DNA of 64,000 nucleotides, taken from positions 1,128 through 65,127 of the forward strand of contig JBBCGM010000001.1 in the NCBI GenBank assembly GCA_037201605.1, in the 5' to 3' direction. Shown piece after piece: positions 1 through 10,835 of the stretch. Below the pieces are notes generated by a model that was not told the DNA's origin, made no database searches, and saw nothing but the letters and a program-made list of their open reading frames with translations. Within the stretch, counting starts at the first letter, position 1. Each line of letters starts with the position of its first letter. Both the position numbers and the translations under genes were made by a program. Source of the DNA: Candidatus Moraniibacteriota bacterium. GTDB taxonomy: Bacteria; Patescibacteriota; Minisyncoccia; Moranbacterales; UBA1568.

Positions 1-31
1 TTGTTTTTTCCTTCCAGGCTTGGAATTTCAT
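1..31 (-). CDS. rpmC: 50S ribosomal protein L29, N-terminal fragment running off the window
   Basis: A minus-strand ATG at 31 lies 6 nt after the rplP stop and reads MKFQAWKEKT. The position matches S10-operon order. Only about 10 codons are visible. Confidence 0.35.
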   Translation of the reverse strand, partial: MKFQAWKEKT

Positions 32-37
32 ACTTCT

Positions 38-452
38 TTAGTCCTTTTCAACAAATTTGGTCTTGAGCGAGAGCTTGTGGGAAGCAAGCCGCATAGCTTC
101 CGTCGCCGCTTCACGCGGGATGCCTTCGAGTTCAAAGAGAACGCGGCGCGGCGCGACCTTGGCAACATAGTGATCAACGCTGCCTTTTCCCTTACCCATC
201 GGGGTCTGCTCCCCCTTTTTCGTCATCGGCTTGTCAGGGAACACGCGAATCCATACCTTGCCTCCGCGCTGGAGGGGAACGGGTCATGGCACGGCGGGCT
301 GCCTCGATCTGGCGGGCCGAAAGTAGGCCTTCTTCGAGCGTCTTAAGGCCGAAGCTGCCGAAACTCACCTTATCGCCACGGTTGGTCGCAATGCCGGACC
401 AGCCGCCTCGATGGTGCTTGCGGTGCTTGATTTTGCGGGGCATGAGCAGCAT
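38..452 (-). CDS. rplP: 50S ribosomal protein L16 (frame broken once)
   Basis: ORFs 234-536 and 38-244 read [17 protein letters not shown]...EAARRAMTR and [29 protein letters not shown]. They join only with a 1-nt indel near 265-275, in C/T runs. Confidence 0.9.
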
Positions 453-481
453 AGGGATGCAGTAACTCTCGAATAAATAGA

Positions 482-1151
482 TTAGGCGTTCGGTTCTTCC
501 GGGGCTTCCTCGAACTTCTCGCCCTTGTAAATCCACACTTTAATGCCGATAACGCCGTAGGTGGTCCGGGCTTCAACCCGAGCGAAATCGATGTCGGCAC
601 GCAGGGTATGGAGCGGGATTTTTGCCGCGGGACAGCCATTCACGACGCGACATTTCAGCACCTCCTAGACGGCCGCTGATTTCGATCTTGACGCCCCTGG
701 ACTTCTTTGCTGCCTTCGACCTGATCAAGCATACCTTTCAGCACGCGGCGGAACGGCATACGGCGCTCCAGCTGTTCAGCGACCTGCTGACCAACAAGCT
801 CTGCATTCGCGTCGGCGTTCTTGACCTCCTGGACTTCAATCTTGAGATCGATCTTCTTGCCGGCAAAAAAGCGCTTCTTGACCGCACGGGTCAGGTCTTC
901 AATCCCGGTGCCGCCTCGGCCGATGAGCACACCGGACGAGACGTCTCGATGATCAGACGGATCACGTTCCTTGAGCGCTCAATCTGGACGGAAGCAATCG
1001 CCGCCTGCTTCCAACTCTTCGTCACAAAGCTCCGGATCTCAACATCCTTGCGCAGCTGTTCGCGATAATCTTTCTTCACACCGAACCAGCGCGACTGCCA
1101 GCCAGTCGTGATACCGATTCTGATGCCTGTTGGATTTACTTTATGTCCCAT
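482..1151 (-). CDS. rpsC: 30S ribosomal protein S3 (frame broken at least 3 times)
   Basis: ORF 891-1151 gives [23 protein letters not shown] and ORF 655-930 gives the middle part. The tail [43 protein letters not shown] ends at a stop at 482-484. Confidence 0.9.
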
Positions 1152-1696
1152 AGTATTTTAGACGGCTTTACGTTGGAAAACTTTCTTGGGAGCAGCAGGT
1201 GCTTTGCCTTTTCGAGCCCTGCTTCTTGGGAACGGCCACCGTCCGCCTTCGGGCTTACTGACTCAGAGGGCTTTTCAGCTGCTACTTCTTCAGCGGAAGT
1301 CTCCGGTGCCGGAACGGAAATTGCCTTAGATACCTTTTGCACCTTACGGCGGTTCTGGCCCTCAACTTTTTCAGCTACGATGACCACCACTTTGGAACCC
1401 CGGCGCTTGAGCGGCGTAGCCTGACCATGGGCACGAGGCAGCCAGCGCGCGAGCGTCAGTCCATCACCGACACGGATATCTTCGATAAAGAGGTTCTCCG
1501 CATCCAATCCAAAGTTATTGACCGCATTGGCCTCGGCGCTCGCAATAAGCGCTGCCAGTGGATCGGCTGCCTTCTTCGGCTGGCGCGAGAGTTGCGTCAG
1601 TGCTTCTCGCACATCAATACCAACCAGGGCTCGCGTCACGAGACGCACCTTGCGGGGGGAAATGCGCAGATTGGAGAGGGAGGCGATCGCTTTCAT
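1136..1696 (-). CDS. rplV: 50S ribosomal protein L22 with a long C-terminal tail
   Basis: Intact 186-aa ORF. MKAIASLSNLRISPRKVRLVTRALVG...RAHGQATPLKRR is the L22 core, followed by about 70 aa rich in Glu/Ala/Lys. Confidence 0.9.
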   Translation of the reverse strand: MKAIASLSNLRISPRKVRLVTRALVGIDVREALTQLSRQPKKAADPLAALIASAEANAVNNFGLDAENLFIEDIRVGDGLTLARWLPRAHGQATPLKRRGSKVVVIVAEKVEGQNRRKVQKVSKAISVPAPETSAEEVAAEKPSESVSPKADGGRSQEAGLEKAKHLLLPRKFSNVKPSKILWDIK

Positions 1697-1698
1697 AC

Positions 1699-2040
1699 TT
1701 ATTTCTTAGCGGGAGACTGAGCCTTGGCAGCGCGAGCAGCATCGAGTTCGCGCTGCTTGTTAGCCGCTTCGATCTCTTTCTGCATCTTGCCACCATGACG
1801 GTAGAACTTGCGGGTGGGTGAAAATTCCCCCAGACGGTGGCCTACCATTTCTTCCGTCACGAACACGGAGATAAAATCCCTGCCGTTATGCACCCCGAAC
1901 GTAAAACCGACCATTTCAGGCGAAATGACTGAGGCGCGCGACCAGGTCTTGATAACCGTGCGATCGCCCAGCTTCTTGCCTTCCAACTTCTTGAGAAGGC
2001 GCTGGTCAACGTAAAGTCCTTTTTTGAGGCTGCGTGACAT
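1699..2040 (-). CDS. rpsS: 30S ribosomal protein S19
   Basis: [19 protein letters not shown]...[18 protein letters not shown]. The start is taken at ATG 2040 inside ORF 1699-2184. Confidence 0.9.
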   Translation of the reverse strand: MSRSLKKGLYVDQRLLKKLEGKKLGDRTVIKTWSRASVISPEMVGFTFGVHNGRDFISVFVTEEMVGHRLGEFSPTRKFYRHGGKMQKEIEAANKQRELDAARAAKAQSPAKK

Positions 2041-2047
2041 AGGGGGT

Positions 2048-2881
2048 TTAACGTTTCTTGGACTTGCGGCGGATAATGTATTTATTGCTCTGATTCTTCT
2101 TACGGCGGGTCTTCTTACCGAGTGCTGGCTTGCCCCAAGGGGTCTTGGGAGGCATACCGATCGGCTGCCGGCCTTCACCGCCACCGTGCGGATGATCCAC
2201 TGGATTCATAGCCGAACCGCGCACTGCCGACGTTTGTTCTTCCAGCGGCTGCGGCCAGCCTTGCCCGATAGTCTCAGAGCCGTGCTCGAAATTACTCACC
2301 TGGCCCAAGGTTGCGAAACAATCCTTGCTGATCAGACGGATCTCTCCGGAAGTAAGCTTTACCTGGGCCATAGCGCCGTCGAGCGCCATAAGCGTCGCTT
2401 GGGCGCCGGCGCTGCGAACGATCTGTCCGCCTTTGCCGATTTTGAGCTCAATATTGCAGATAATAGTGCCTGGCGGAATATTACGGAGTGGCAAACGGTT
2501 TCCGTCGCGTACTGGCGCTTTTTCGCCAGACATGATCGTATCGTCCTTGCGCAGGTTTTCCGTAGCCAGGATATAGCGCTTCTCACCATCCGCATAGGCG
2601 ATTAAGGGCAATAAGTCCAGAACGGTTCGGGTCTTTTTCAATAGAAACGATCTTGCCGGGAATATACCCATTTGTCTTGGCGAAAATCCACAACCCGGTA
2701 GCGGCGCTTGTGTCCTCCGCCCTGATGACGCACGGAGATTTTTCCCGCCGAACGGCCGGCGCGCTTCTTATAGGGGCGCAAGCAGCGGCTTGTGCGGCGT
2801 ACCTTCAGTCACCGCGTCGGGTTTGACTACCGACATGTTGCGTCGGCCAGCCGTATTGCGTTTGTAGATCTTGATGGCCAT
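2048..2881 (-). CDS. rplB: 50S ribosomal protein L2 (several frame breaks)
   Basis: ORF 2048-2671 contains [18 protein letters not shown]. The N-terminus [19 protein letters not shown] starts at ATG 2881. A compensating indel pair near 2225-2275 puts GKAGRSRWK out of frame. Confidence 0.9.
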
Positions 2882-2885
2882 AGCT

Positions 2886-3269
2886 TTACAAACCGGCGTT
2901 AAAAGTTTCGATGGTCTGACCCTTGGTGAGCGTTACGATGGCCTTTTTGAGGTCACGGCGCTTGCCTTGGATCTGAGCCGCTCCAAACGCCTTGCGTTTG
3001 CCGGGAATACGAATGATATTGACCGAAACCACCGAGACGCCGTACGCTTCCGCAACCGCCTGAGCGATGCTTTTCTTGTTCGCGCGCGGAGAGACTTCAA
3101 ACACGTACTGGGAAAGGGCGCCGAGGGCGTAACTCTTCTCCGTCACGCGCGGGCGACGCAGTAGGGTATGTGCAAGCATGCTCTCCTGAGCAGCTGGAGC
3201 GCTTTTCTTTTTCGCAGGAGCCTTCTTGGCAGCCGGCTTCTTGGTTTTCTTGTCGGAAAAGAGTTCCAT
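2886..3269 (-). CDS. rplW: 50S ribosomal protein L23 with a Lys/Ala-rich N-terminal extension
   Basis: MELFSDKKTKKPAAKKAPAKKKSAPAAQE precedes the L23 core LLRRPRVTEKS...YVFEV...NKKSIAQAVE. Position between rplD and rplB fits. Confidence 0.85.
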   Translation of the reverse strand: MELFSDKKTKKPAAKKAPAKKKSAPAAQESMLAHTLLRRPRVTEKSYALGALSQYVFEVSPRANKKSIAQAVAEAYGVSVVSVNIIRIPGKRKAFGAAQIQGKRRDLKKAIVTLTKGQTIETFNAGL

Positions 3270-3280
3270 AGTATATACGG

Positions 3281-3921
3281 TTAGGCTGCCCACTTGGCAA
3301 AACGCTGCTCGAGATCTTTGACTCCGGCTTCAGTCAGGACGACGTATTCGTGATTGAGCAAATCAAAGACATTCATGTTTTCAGAAAGGGTCGTGGCAGT
3401 CTTGGGCACATTGCGCATCAGACGCACTGTTCCGAATTCTTCACGGGTCAGTCCGGCAAGCAGGCTGCGGCCGCTAATGCCCAGGGCCTGAAGCGCGCCC
3501 ACGAACAGCTTGGTTTTGGGCTCAGCGAAGTTCATATCTTCCAAAAGAACGCATTTACCGCTCCGGAGCTTATCCGAGAGAGCCACCATGACGCCTTCTG
3601 ACGCATCTTGCGATTGGCGGCCTTGGAAAAATTGCGGGTCGAAAGCGGACCGAACACGACGCCACCCTTGCGCCACACCGGCGTACGCACCTCGCCCACG
3701 CGGGCGCGGCCCGTACCCTTTTGGCGCCACGGCTTCCTGCCGGAACCGGCGCGTTCGCTGCGATCTTTCGTGTGGGCGATGGCCTGGCGACGATTGCCGG
3801 AAAGGGCTACGTATACCTGATGGACCAGTACATCATTGGATGGCAGCCCGAAACAGGCGTCGGAGAGGGTAAGCTCTTTGACTTCCTTGCCGCTCAGATT
3901 TTTGACAGTCACTTTTGGCAT
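3281..3921 (-). CDS. rplD: 50S ribosomal protein L4 (frame broken once near 3590-3640)
   Basis: ORF 3532-3921 gives MPKVTVKNLSGKEV...SGRKPWRQKGTGRARVGEVRTPVWRKGGVVFGP. ORF 3281-3730 gives the C-terminal half. Confidence 0.9.
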
Positions 3922-3925
3922 AGGA

Positions 3926-4527
3926 TTAGCGGGCGCTCACGAGGGTTACGATACGGCCACTCACGCCGGGAACCGCTCCCTGAACGCCGATGAGGCCTTC
4001 TTCTTTGTTGACGTATACGACCGAGAGATTGCGGGTCGTCATATTCTTGCCGCCCATGCGGCCAGCCATGCGCAGGACCCTTAATCACGTGCTCAGGGAA
4101 TGTTGCGCCGATGGAACCAGGCTTGCGCATATCATGCTTGCGACCATGGCTTGCGGGAGCACCGCGGAAAACCGTGGCGCTTCACAACACCTTGGAAGCC
4201 TTTGGCCTTGGTGATACCGGAAACATGTACTTTGTCACCGACTTCAAACTGGTCGACTGAGAGCTCACTTCCTTCAGTAAAACCTTCCAGCAGGGTAACG
4301 GTATCATCTGTGGACGTGCTGTCCTTGTCGAGGCGGAATTCGCGGCGTACGCTTTTCTTTTTGTTCTTCGGAGCTTCTACCTGAAGAGCGCTGTAGCCGT
4401 TTTTTTCAGGCGTACGCTTCAGCGTCACCGTATTCTTCTCACAAGTAATGAGCGTCATGTTCAAAGCGCCCTTCTCGGCGTCGAAGAGCGTGGTCATTCC
4501 CAGTTTTTTGCCGATGAGAAATTTCAT
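3926..4527 (-). CDS. rplC: 50S ribosomal protein L3 (frame breaks near 4130)
   Basis: ORF 4132-4527 gives MKFLIGKKLGMTTLFD...GITKAKGFQGVVKRHGF. The C-terminus GAVPGVSGRIVTLVSAR ends at a stop at 3926-3928 in another frame. Confidence 0.9.
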
Positions 4528-4550
4528 TACCGACAGGAATTTTTAGCGTT

Positions 4551-4590
4551 GAGAAAAAAGAAAACTGGCTTCTCAGGTGAGCCAGTTCTT
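4551..4590 (-). terminator. Intrinsic-terminator-like hairpin inside the S10 operon, between rpsJ and rplC
   Basis: The minus strand reads AACTGGCT-CACCTGAGA-AGCCAGTT followed by TTCTTTTTT. It sits in a 165-nt spacer. Confidence 0.55.
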
Positions 4591-4692
4591 CATACTGCGA
4601 TGAAAAACAATGGTTTCGCTGAGTATCCGTCCCCGCTCGAAAAGGACTTAGGGGCGGACTGGAACGAAAGTATGCGGTTTCCCAAAAGGGGC

Positions 4693-5022
4693 CTACATTT
4701 TGATTTCGATGTCGACACCGGCCGGCAGATCGAGATTCGTCAGGTTATCGATCGTCTTGGGAGTCGGATTCAAGATATCGATCAGACGCTTGTGGACCCG
4801 CATTTCGAATTGGTCGCGGGCGTTCTTGTGGACAAAGGTCGACTTGTTGACGGTCACTTTGTGCACTTCGGTCGGAAGCGGCACGGGTCCGGTAATAGTG
4901 GCTCCGGAACGTTCAGCCGTTTCGACAATTTTGCGCGCTGACTGGTCGATGATCTTGTGGTCGTAGGCCTTGATCTTGATCCTGACGCGGGCACCGGTTG
5001 GCGGTGTTTCTGTCTTCTTCAT
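4693..5022 (-). CDS. rpsJ: 30S ribosomal protein S10
   Basis: Intact 109-aa ORF: [38 protein letters not shown]. Confidence 0.95.
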   Translation of the reverse strand: MKKTETPPTGARVRIKIKAYDHKIIDQSARKIVETAERSGATITGPVPLPTEVHKVTVNKSTFVHKNARDQFEMRVHKRLIDILNPTPKTIDNLTNLDLPAGVDIEIKM

Positions 5023-5125
5023 TCTTGTAATTTACCTGAGTCTTCCACCTCTTGTCTCTAGGGAAGATTCGGAGGAAAGAGGCCTTTCGGCCTGTTTCCC
5101 CCTTTCAACACTCGAGACGAATGTC

Positions 5126-6317
5126 TTACTTGAGGATCTTGGTCACCACGCCGGCGCCGACAGTGCGGCCGCCTTCGCGGATGGTGAAGCGCATACCGTC
5201 CTCCATAGCGATCGGAGCCAGAAGCTTGATCTTGAGGTTCACGGTGTCGCCTGGCATGACCATTTCCGAGCCTTCAGGAAGTTCCACTTCGCCGGTCACG
5301 TCCGTGGTCCGGACATAGAACTGCGGCTTGTAGCCCTTGAAGAACGGTGTATGGCGTCCGCCTTCTTCCTTGGACAGGACGTAGACTTCGCCTTCGAATT
5401 CAGTGTGAGGAGTGATAGAGCCGGGCTTAGCCAGTACCTGGCCGCGCTCGACGTCTTCTTTCTTGATACCGCGGATGAGGATACCGGCATTGTCGCCAGC
5501 CAGACCTTTACCCAATTGCTTATTGAACATCTCGATACCGGTAACCACAGTCTTCTGGGTGTCGCGGATACCGATGATTTCGACTTCATCGTTAAGGTTG
5601 ATGACTCCAGTCTCGATACGGCCGGTCACAACAGTGCCACGACCTTCGATCGAGAAGATATCTTCGATGGGCATAAGGAATGCCTTATCGGTGTCGCGTA
5701 CGGGATCGGGCACTTTCTCGTCGAGAGCGGTGATCAGGTCAAGGATAGGCTTGGCAGCCTCGTCATCGACTGACTTGCACTCGAGTGCCTTGAGAGCGCT
5801 ACCCTTGATGACAGCGGCGTTATCGCCATCGAATTCGTACTTGGAAAGGAGTTCGCGCACTTCGGCTTCGACGAGCTCGATCAGTTCGGCATCGTCCACC
5901 ATGTCTACCTTGTTGAGGAAGACAACGATTTCCGGCACACCGACCTGGCGCGCCAAAAGGATGTGCTCGCGGGTCTGAGGCATCGGACCGTCAGTCGCAG
6001 ACACGACGAGGATGGAGCCGTCCATCTGGGCGGCACCCGTGATCATGTTCTTGATATAGTCAGCGTGGCCCGGACAGTCGACGTGTGCATAGTGGCGCTT
6101 CTCGCTTTCGTACTCACAGTGAGCCGTCGCGATGGTAATACCGCGCTCGCGCTCTTCGGGAGCTTTGTCGATTTCGGAAATCGGGCGTTCCTTGGCCAGA
6201 CCCTTCATGCTCAAAACATGCAGGATGGGCGGCGGTCAGCGTCGTTTTGCCATGGTCAACATGGCCGATGGTGCCGACGTTGACGTGGGGTTTGCTGCGG
6301 TCAAATTGCTCTGCCAT
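5126..6317 (-). CDS. tuf: Elongation factor Tu (one frame break)
   Basis: [30 protein letters not shown], then ORF 5126-6214 with [21 protein letters not shown]. Frames join if one base is removed from the GGG run at 6227-6229. Confidence 0.95.
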
Positions 6318-6488
6318 AATCTTATTTCCTTTAACTGTGGATTCTCGCGGATGTTTTTCCCTTTTTCGGGGAAAAAGAACCACGCACCTCCGCTAAAAAT
6401 GATTAGGATTTACGAAATTTTCTTCTTAATTTTCTGAAGGCTTTTCACGCTCTAAACGAAAAAAGGCTTTCAAAAAGCGTCGTTCCAA

Positions 6489-6517
6489 ATGGTATCAATG
6501 AAGACCGATATTGTCAA
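6489..6517 (-). promoter_or_regulatory. Sigma-70-type promoter upstream of tuf
   Basis: The minus strand reads TTGACA, a 17-nt spacer, then TACCAT. It lies about 165 nt upstream of the tuf ATG, in the fusA-tuf spacer. Confidence 0.6.
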
Positions 6518-6545
6518 GTCTCGCCCCAAGGAGCAAGAGCCTTAT

Positions 6546-8641
6546 TTACCCTCGGGCTTCGGGGCGGCGGGCGCCGATAATCTCTTGGGCGACATTTGCA
6601 GGTACTTCGGCGTAATGGCCGAACTCCATCGAATAGCTGGCGCGCCCCTGGGACATGGAACGCATTTCGGTCGCGTAGCCGAACATCGAGGAAAGCGGCA
6701 CTTCCGACTCAATCTCTTTGACGGCCGAAGCCCCCTCGCCGCGGGTATTCATCTCTTTGATGATACCGCGCTTCGAGGACAAATCGCCAACGATATCACC
6801 CATGAATTGCTCAGGAGTGGTTACGACGACGCGCATAATAGGCTCAAGGATGATGGGCTTGGCTTTGCGAGCCGCTTCCTTGAACGCAAGCGAGCCTGCG
6901 ATGCGGAAAGCCGCTTCGGATGAGTCAACGTCGTGGTAGGAACCATCATAGAGGGTGGCTTTGATATCTACCACCGGATAGCCGGCCAGCACGCCGGTCT
7001 CCATGGCTTCTTGGATACCCTTATCAACCGGCTTGATGAATTCTTGAGGAATCGCTCCGCCCTTGATCTCATCCACGAACTCGTAGCCGACGCCTGCTTC
7101 TTGCGGCTCGAGGCGCACCCACGCATGCCGTACTGGCCGCGGCCGCCGGACTGGCGGATGTACTTGCCTTCGGCTTCTGCCCTTCTCGCGGATCGTTTCA
7201 CGATAAGCCACCTGCGGACGGCCGACATTCACCTCTACCTTGAACTCGCGCTTCATGCGATCAACAAGAATATCGAGGTGCAGTTCGCCCATGCCGAAAG
7301 GATGGTCTGTCCAGTTTCGGCATCGCTCCGCACGCGGAAAGTCGGGTCCTCTTCCATGAGTTTCTTCAAAGCAACGCCCATCTTTTCCTGGTCGGATTTA
7401 GTCTTGGCTCGATAGCGATATCGATAACCGGCTCGGGGAAGGTAATGGATTCGAGCAATACTGGAGCATCCGGATCGCAGAGCGTATCGCCGGTAGTTGT
7501 CACTTTCATGCCGACGAGCGCGCCGATATCACCCGCGCCGAGCTCTTGGATTTCTTCGCGGCTGTTGGAATGCATGCGGAGGATGCGGCCGATACGCTCC
7601 TTCTCACCTTTGGTGGCATTGAGGACGTAGGAACCCGCTTTCACGGTACCGGAGTAGACGCGGAAAAAAGTGAGCTGTCCGACAAAGGGTCAGTCGCCAC
7701 CTTGAAAGCCAGAGCGCTAAACTTCTCATCATCGGCAGTGTTCCTGACTATTTCCGCATCAGTCTTAGGATCAAGAGCCTTGATAGGCGGCACATCGAGC
7801 GGAGAAGGTAGATAGTCTACGACACCGTCGAGCACCAACTGCACGCCCTTGTTACGCAGGGCCGTACCGGTAAAGACCGGGATGAGGCGCACGCTGATAA
7901 CCGCCTGGCGCAAAGCGGCTTTCAGTTCGGCCTGGGAAATCTCTTCGCCCGAAAGATATTTTTCTGTGAGCGCATCGTCTGTTTCGGAAATCTTCTCCAC
8001 CATTTTTTCGCGCCACTCAGTAGCCTTGGCTTTGTCTCCCTCGGGAATCTCGCCTTCGATCACTTTCTCTCCCATCTCACCGTCAAAGGTATAGGCCTTC
8101 ATCTTAATGAGGTCGATGACGCCGTAGAAATCACCGCGCTCGCCCAAAGGCAATTGCACGGCGACCGCGTTCGGAGTCAGGCGGTTCCAAATAGAAGCAA
8201 GGGCATCTTCGAAAACGGCGCCTTCCTTGTCGATTTTATTGATAAAGCAGATACGGGGCACGTTGTACTTGTCGGCCTGGCGCCACACGGTTTCCGACTG
8301 CGGCTCGACGCCTTCCTTGCCGTCAAAAACAACAAACGCCGCCATCCAGCACGCGGAGGCTGCGCTCCACTTCCACGGTAAAGTCCACGTGGCCAGGCGT
8401 GTCGATGATGTTGATTTGATTATCTTTCCAAAAGCAGTCGTTGCAGCCGACGTAATGGTGATGCCGCGCTCGCGCTCTGGTCCATCCAGTCCATGGTCGC
8501 TTCGCCCTCGTGCACCTCGCCGATCTTGTGCGTGATGCCGGTGTAAAACAAAACACGCTCCGTCGTCGTCGTCTTACCGGCGTCGATGTGGGCGATGATA
8601 CCGATGTTGCGGTAGTTTTCGATGGGAATTTTGCGGTCCAT
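6546..8641 (-). CDS. fusA: Elongation factor G (at least 5 frame breaks)
   Basis: [35 protein letters not shown] starts at ATG 8641. ORFs 7641-8345, 7366-7644 and 6546-7292 supply domains II-V. Confidence 0.95.
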
Positions 8642-8702
8642 ATTTTTTAAGAAAGAAAGAGCGGACGGAATCCGAAGCAATGGATCCGTCTGAAAAATGG
8701 TT

Positions 8703-9171
8703 TTAAGCGAAGTGAGCAAAGGCCTTGTTGGCCTCGGCCATACGTGAGTCTCGTCGCGCTTCTTCATAGCAGCGCCCGTCTTGTTGGCGGCATCGAGGAG
8801 CTCGTCGGCGAGGCGGACAGCCATGTCCTTGCCCTTGCGGCTACGGCAGGCGTCGCGCACCCAGCGCATGGCAAGCACCTGGCGGCGCTCTCCGGATACC
8901 GGTACCGGTACCTGGTTAGTTGGCACCACCCACGCGGCGGCTCTTGAGTTGCAAGAGGGGCGAGACGTTCTTGATGGCCTGCTCAAATGTGTTGAGCCCA
9001 GCCTTCTTCGTGCGCTCGTTGATGATCTCGAAAGCATCGTAAACGATTTTCTCAGCGACGCTCTTCTTGCCATTTCCACATGATCATACCGATAAAATGG
9101 CCGACCAGAGGGTTGGCGTAGAGCGTATCGGGCTTCCATTCGCGATGAAAATTTCTCTTTCTGCGTGGCAT
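8703..9171 (-). CDS. rpsG: 30S ribosomal protein S7 (about 3 frame breaks)
   Basis: MPRRKR starts at ATG 9171. The middle is [58 protein letters not shown]. The tail [13 protein letters not shown] ends at a stop at 8703-8705. Confidence 0.9.
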
Positions 9172-9183
9172 AGTAGGTAAACC

Positions 9184-9601
9184 TTAGTCCTTCTTCTTGT
9201 CTTTCTTGGTGCCGTATTTGGAACGGCTCTGCTTGCGCTGCACACCGGCCGAGTCGAACACGCCGCGCACCACATGGTAGCGCACGCCTGGAAGATCCTT
9301 GACGCGGCCCCCGCGGATCATGACGATGGAGTGTTCTTGGAGGTTGTGGCCCTCACCCGGGATGTAGGCGGTCACTTCCAGACCGTTGGTCAGACGCACG
9401 CGGGCGATCTTGCGGAGCGCTGAGTTCGGTTTCTTGGGAGTAGTGGTAGAAACCTTGAGACACACGCCGCGCTTAAAGGGGCTCTCGTGGCGGGTGTTGC
9501 GGTTCTTGATGGTATTCAAAGAATACGCCAATGGCAGGCGACTTGGACTTCTTCTTGGAAAGCGTACGCGGGCGCTTGATGAGCTGGTTAATGGTAGCCA
9601 C
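9184..9601 (-). CDS. rpsL: 30S ribosomal protein S12 (one frame break near 9535)
   Basis: A GTG start at 9601 gives (M)[25 protein letters not shown] 9184-9720 gives [45 protein letters not shown]. Confidence 0.9.
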
Positions 9602-9691
9602 GGGTTTGGAAAAAAGAAACAGGTAAAAAGCGAAAAATACGGGATAAAGAAAAAGCCGCTCTGCGAAGGCTTTGGCTTTACTGTACGCTTT

Positions 9692-9720
9692 ATCCTAAGG
9701 AAGCCAAGCCTTTTTGTCAA
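9692..9720 (-). promoter_or_regulatory. Sigma-70-type promoter upstream of rpsL
   Basis: The minus strand reads TTGACA, a 17-nt spacer, then TAGGAT. The -35 box starts 4 nt after the stop of the upstream M50 gene. Confidence 0.6.
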
Positions 9721-9723
9721 GTC

Positions 9724-10445
9724 TCAGAACGCCAGTCCCAAAAAGAACTGGAGTATCGTGCCGATAAAGAGGTTGATCGGGTACGAAAAGAGGAAAATGA
9801 CCGCAAAAATAAGGAGGATGCCGTACTGCTCGAGGAGCATCTGGGTGCGCTCGGGAATGGGGACAAGGGCATAGAGGAGCTTGGAGCCGTCGAGCGGCGG
9901 GAAAGGCAGAAGGTTAAAGCAGCCAACACCACGTTCCAGAAGAGCACCATGAGGAGCAGCCCGAAGAGAATAGTAGGGAAAGACCCGCTCATGGAATCTG
10001 CGAGCAAGCCAAAACTCTGGAGGAATCCTCCCTGCCCGCCCAGGACTTCCTGGAAACGGAGTAGGATATCCTGCTTGGAGAGAAGTCCGAGCGGCAGTGC
10101 CTTAGCAATAAGCGCCGCGATAAAAGCCAAGAGGAAATTGGAGCCGGGACCGGCAAGCGCTACCAAGACAGGTCCCCACTTCTGATCGCGCAGGTTATAG
10201 GATTGTAGGGCACGGGCTTGGCCCAGCCGAAGGCAAAGCCAGTCGTCAGCACCAGAAGCGCCGGCAGAATGATCGAGCCAAAGGGATCGATGTGCTTGAT
10301 GGGATTGAGGTTTGAGGCGGCCGGCATATTTGGCGGTCAGGTCGCCGAGCCAGAGCGCTACCCAGCCGTGCGACACTTCGTGGATGATGACCGCGTAGAT
10401 GAGCGTGCCGAAGTAGAATGCGCCGAGGACCAGTTCTTGAGTCAT
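9724..10445 (-). CDS. Site-2 protease family (M50) membrane metalloprotease (about 3 frame breaks)
   Basis: [16 protein letters not shown] carries the HExxH motif and is followed by hydrophobic segments. The tail [14 protein letters not shown]...FFLGLAF is recovered in other frames. Confidence 0.75.
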
Positions 10446-10516
10446 AAGATATTTTGGGGTATTGCAAAAGAGTTCCTCCATGGTACCTTGTCTTGGCTAA
10501 TTCCTCAAGACTTCAT

Positions 10517-10711
10517 ATGAGCCGCGTTTGTGAACTGACCGGTCGCGGAACCCAGACTGGGAACTCCCGCAGCCACTCCAACATCGCTACCCGCAGGACT
10601 TTCAAGGTCAACCTGCAGACCAAGCGCATTAACGGCGTGAAGGTCCGCCTTTCGACCAAGGCTATCAAAACCTTGAAGCGCGCCGAAAAAGCCGCCAAAG
10701 CCGCGAAGTAA
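10517..10711 (+). CDS. rpmB: 50S ribosomal protein L28
   Basis: [41 protein letters not shown] at 10517 inside ORF 10454-10711. Confidence 0.9.
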   Translation: MSRVCELTGRGTQTGNSRSHSNIATRRTFKVNLQTKRINGVKVRLSTKAIKTLKRAEKAAKAAK

Positions 10712-10732
10712 ATCCGGTAGGCCAGATGTGAA

Positions 10733-10768
10733 AAAGCTCCTCACTGTTATGATGAGGAGTTTTTCTTT
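10733..10768 (+). terminator. Intrinsic terminator after rpmB
   Basis: CTCCTCA-CTGTTATGA-TGAGGAG followed by TTTTTCTTTT. Confidence 0.7.
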
Positions 10769-10771
10769 TGA

Positions 10772-10812
10772 ATAAAAAATATCCCCGCGCGGCTGTTAGC
10801 CAACGCGGGGAA
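10772..10812 (-). terminator. Intrinsic terminator after hypothetical gene 10836-11509 (usable in both directions)
   Basis: CCCCGCG...CGCGGGG stem with an A-run on the left and a T-run on the right. Confidence 0.6.
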
Positions 10813-10835
10813 AGTTTTTTGAAAGAATGTCGGTT

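Noticed and set aside
4970-5773. Long plus-strand ORFs antisense to highly conserved minus-strand genes. Examples are 4970-5773 opposite tuf, 13663-14646 opposite comEC, 15752-16471 opposite ftsZ, 16867-17730 opposite ftsA, 35641-36285 opposite recA and 54426-55229 opposite DUF4012.
   Set aside because: The opposite strand encodes unmistakable conserved proteins. The translations are low-complexity and Arg/Ser/Pro-rich, which is typical of shadow ORFs in GC-rich coding sequence.
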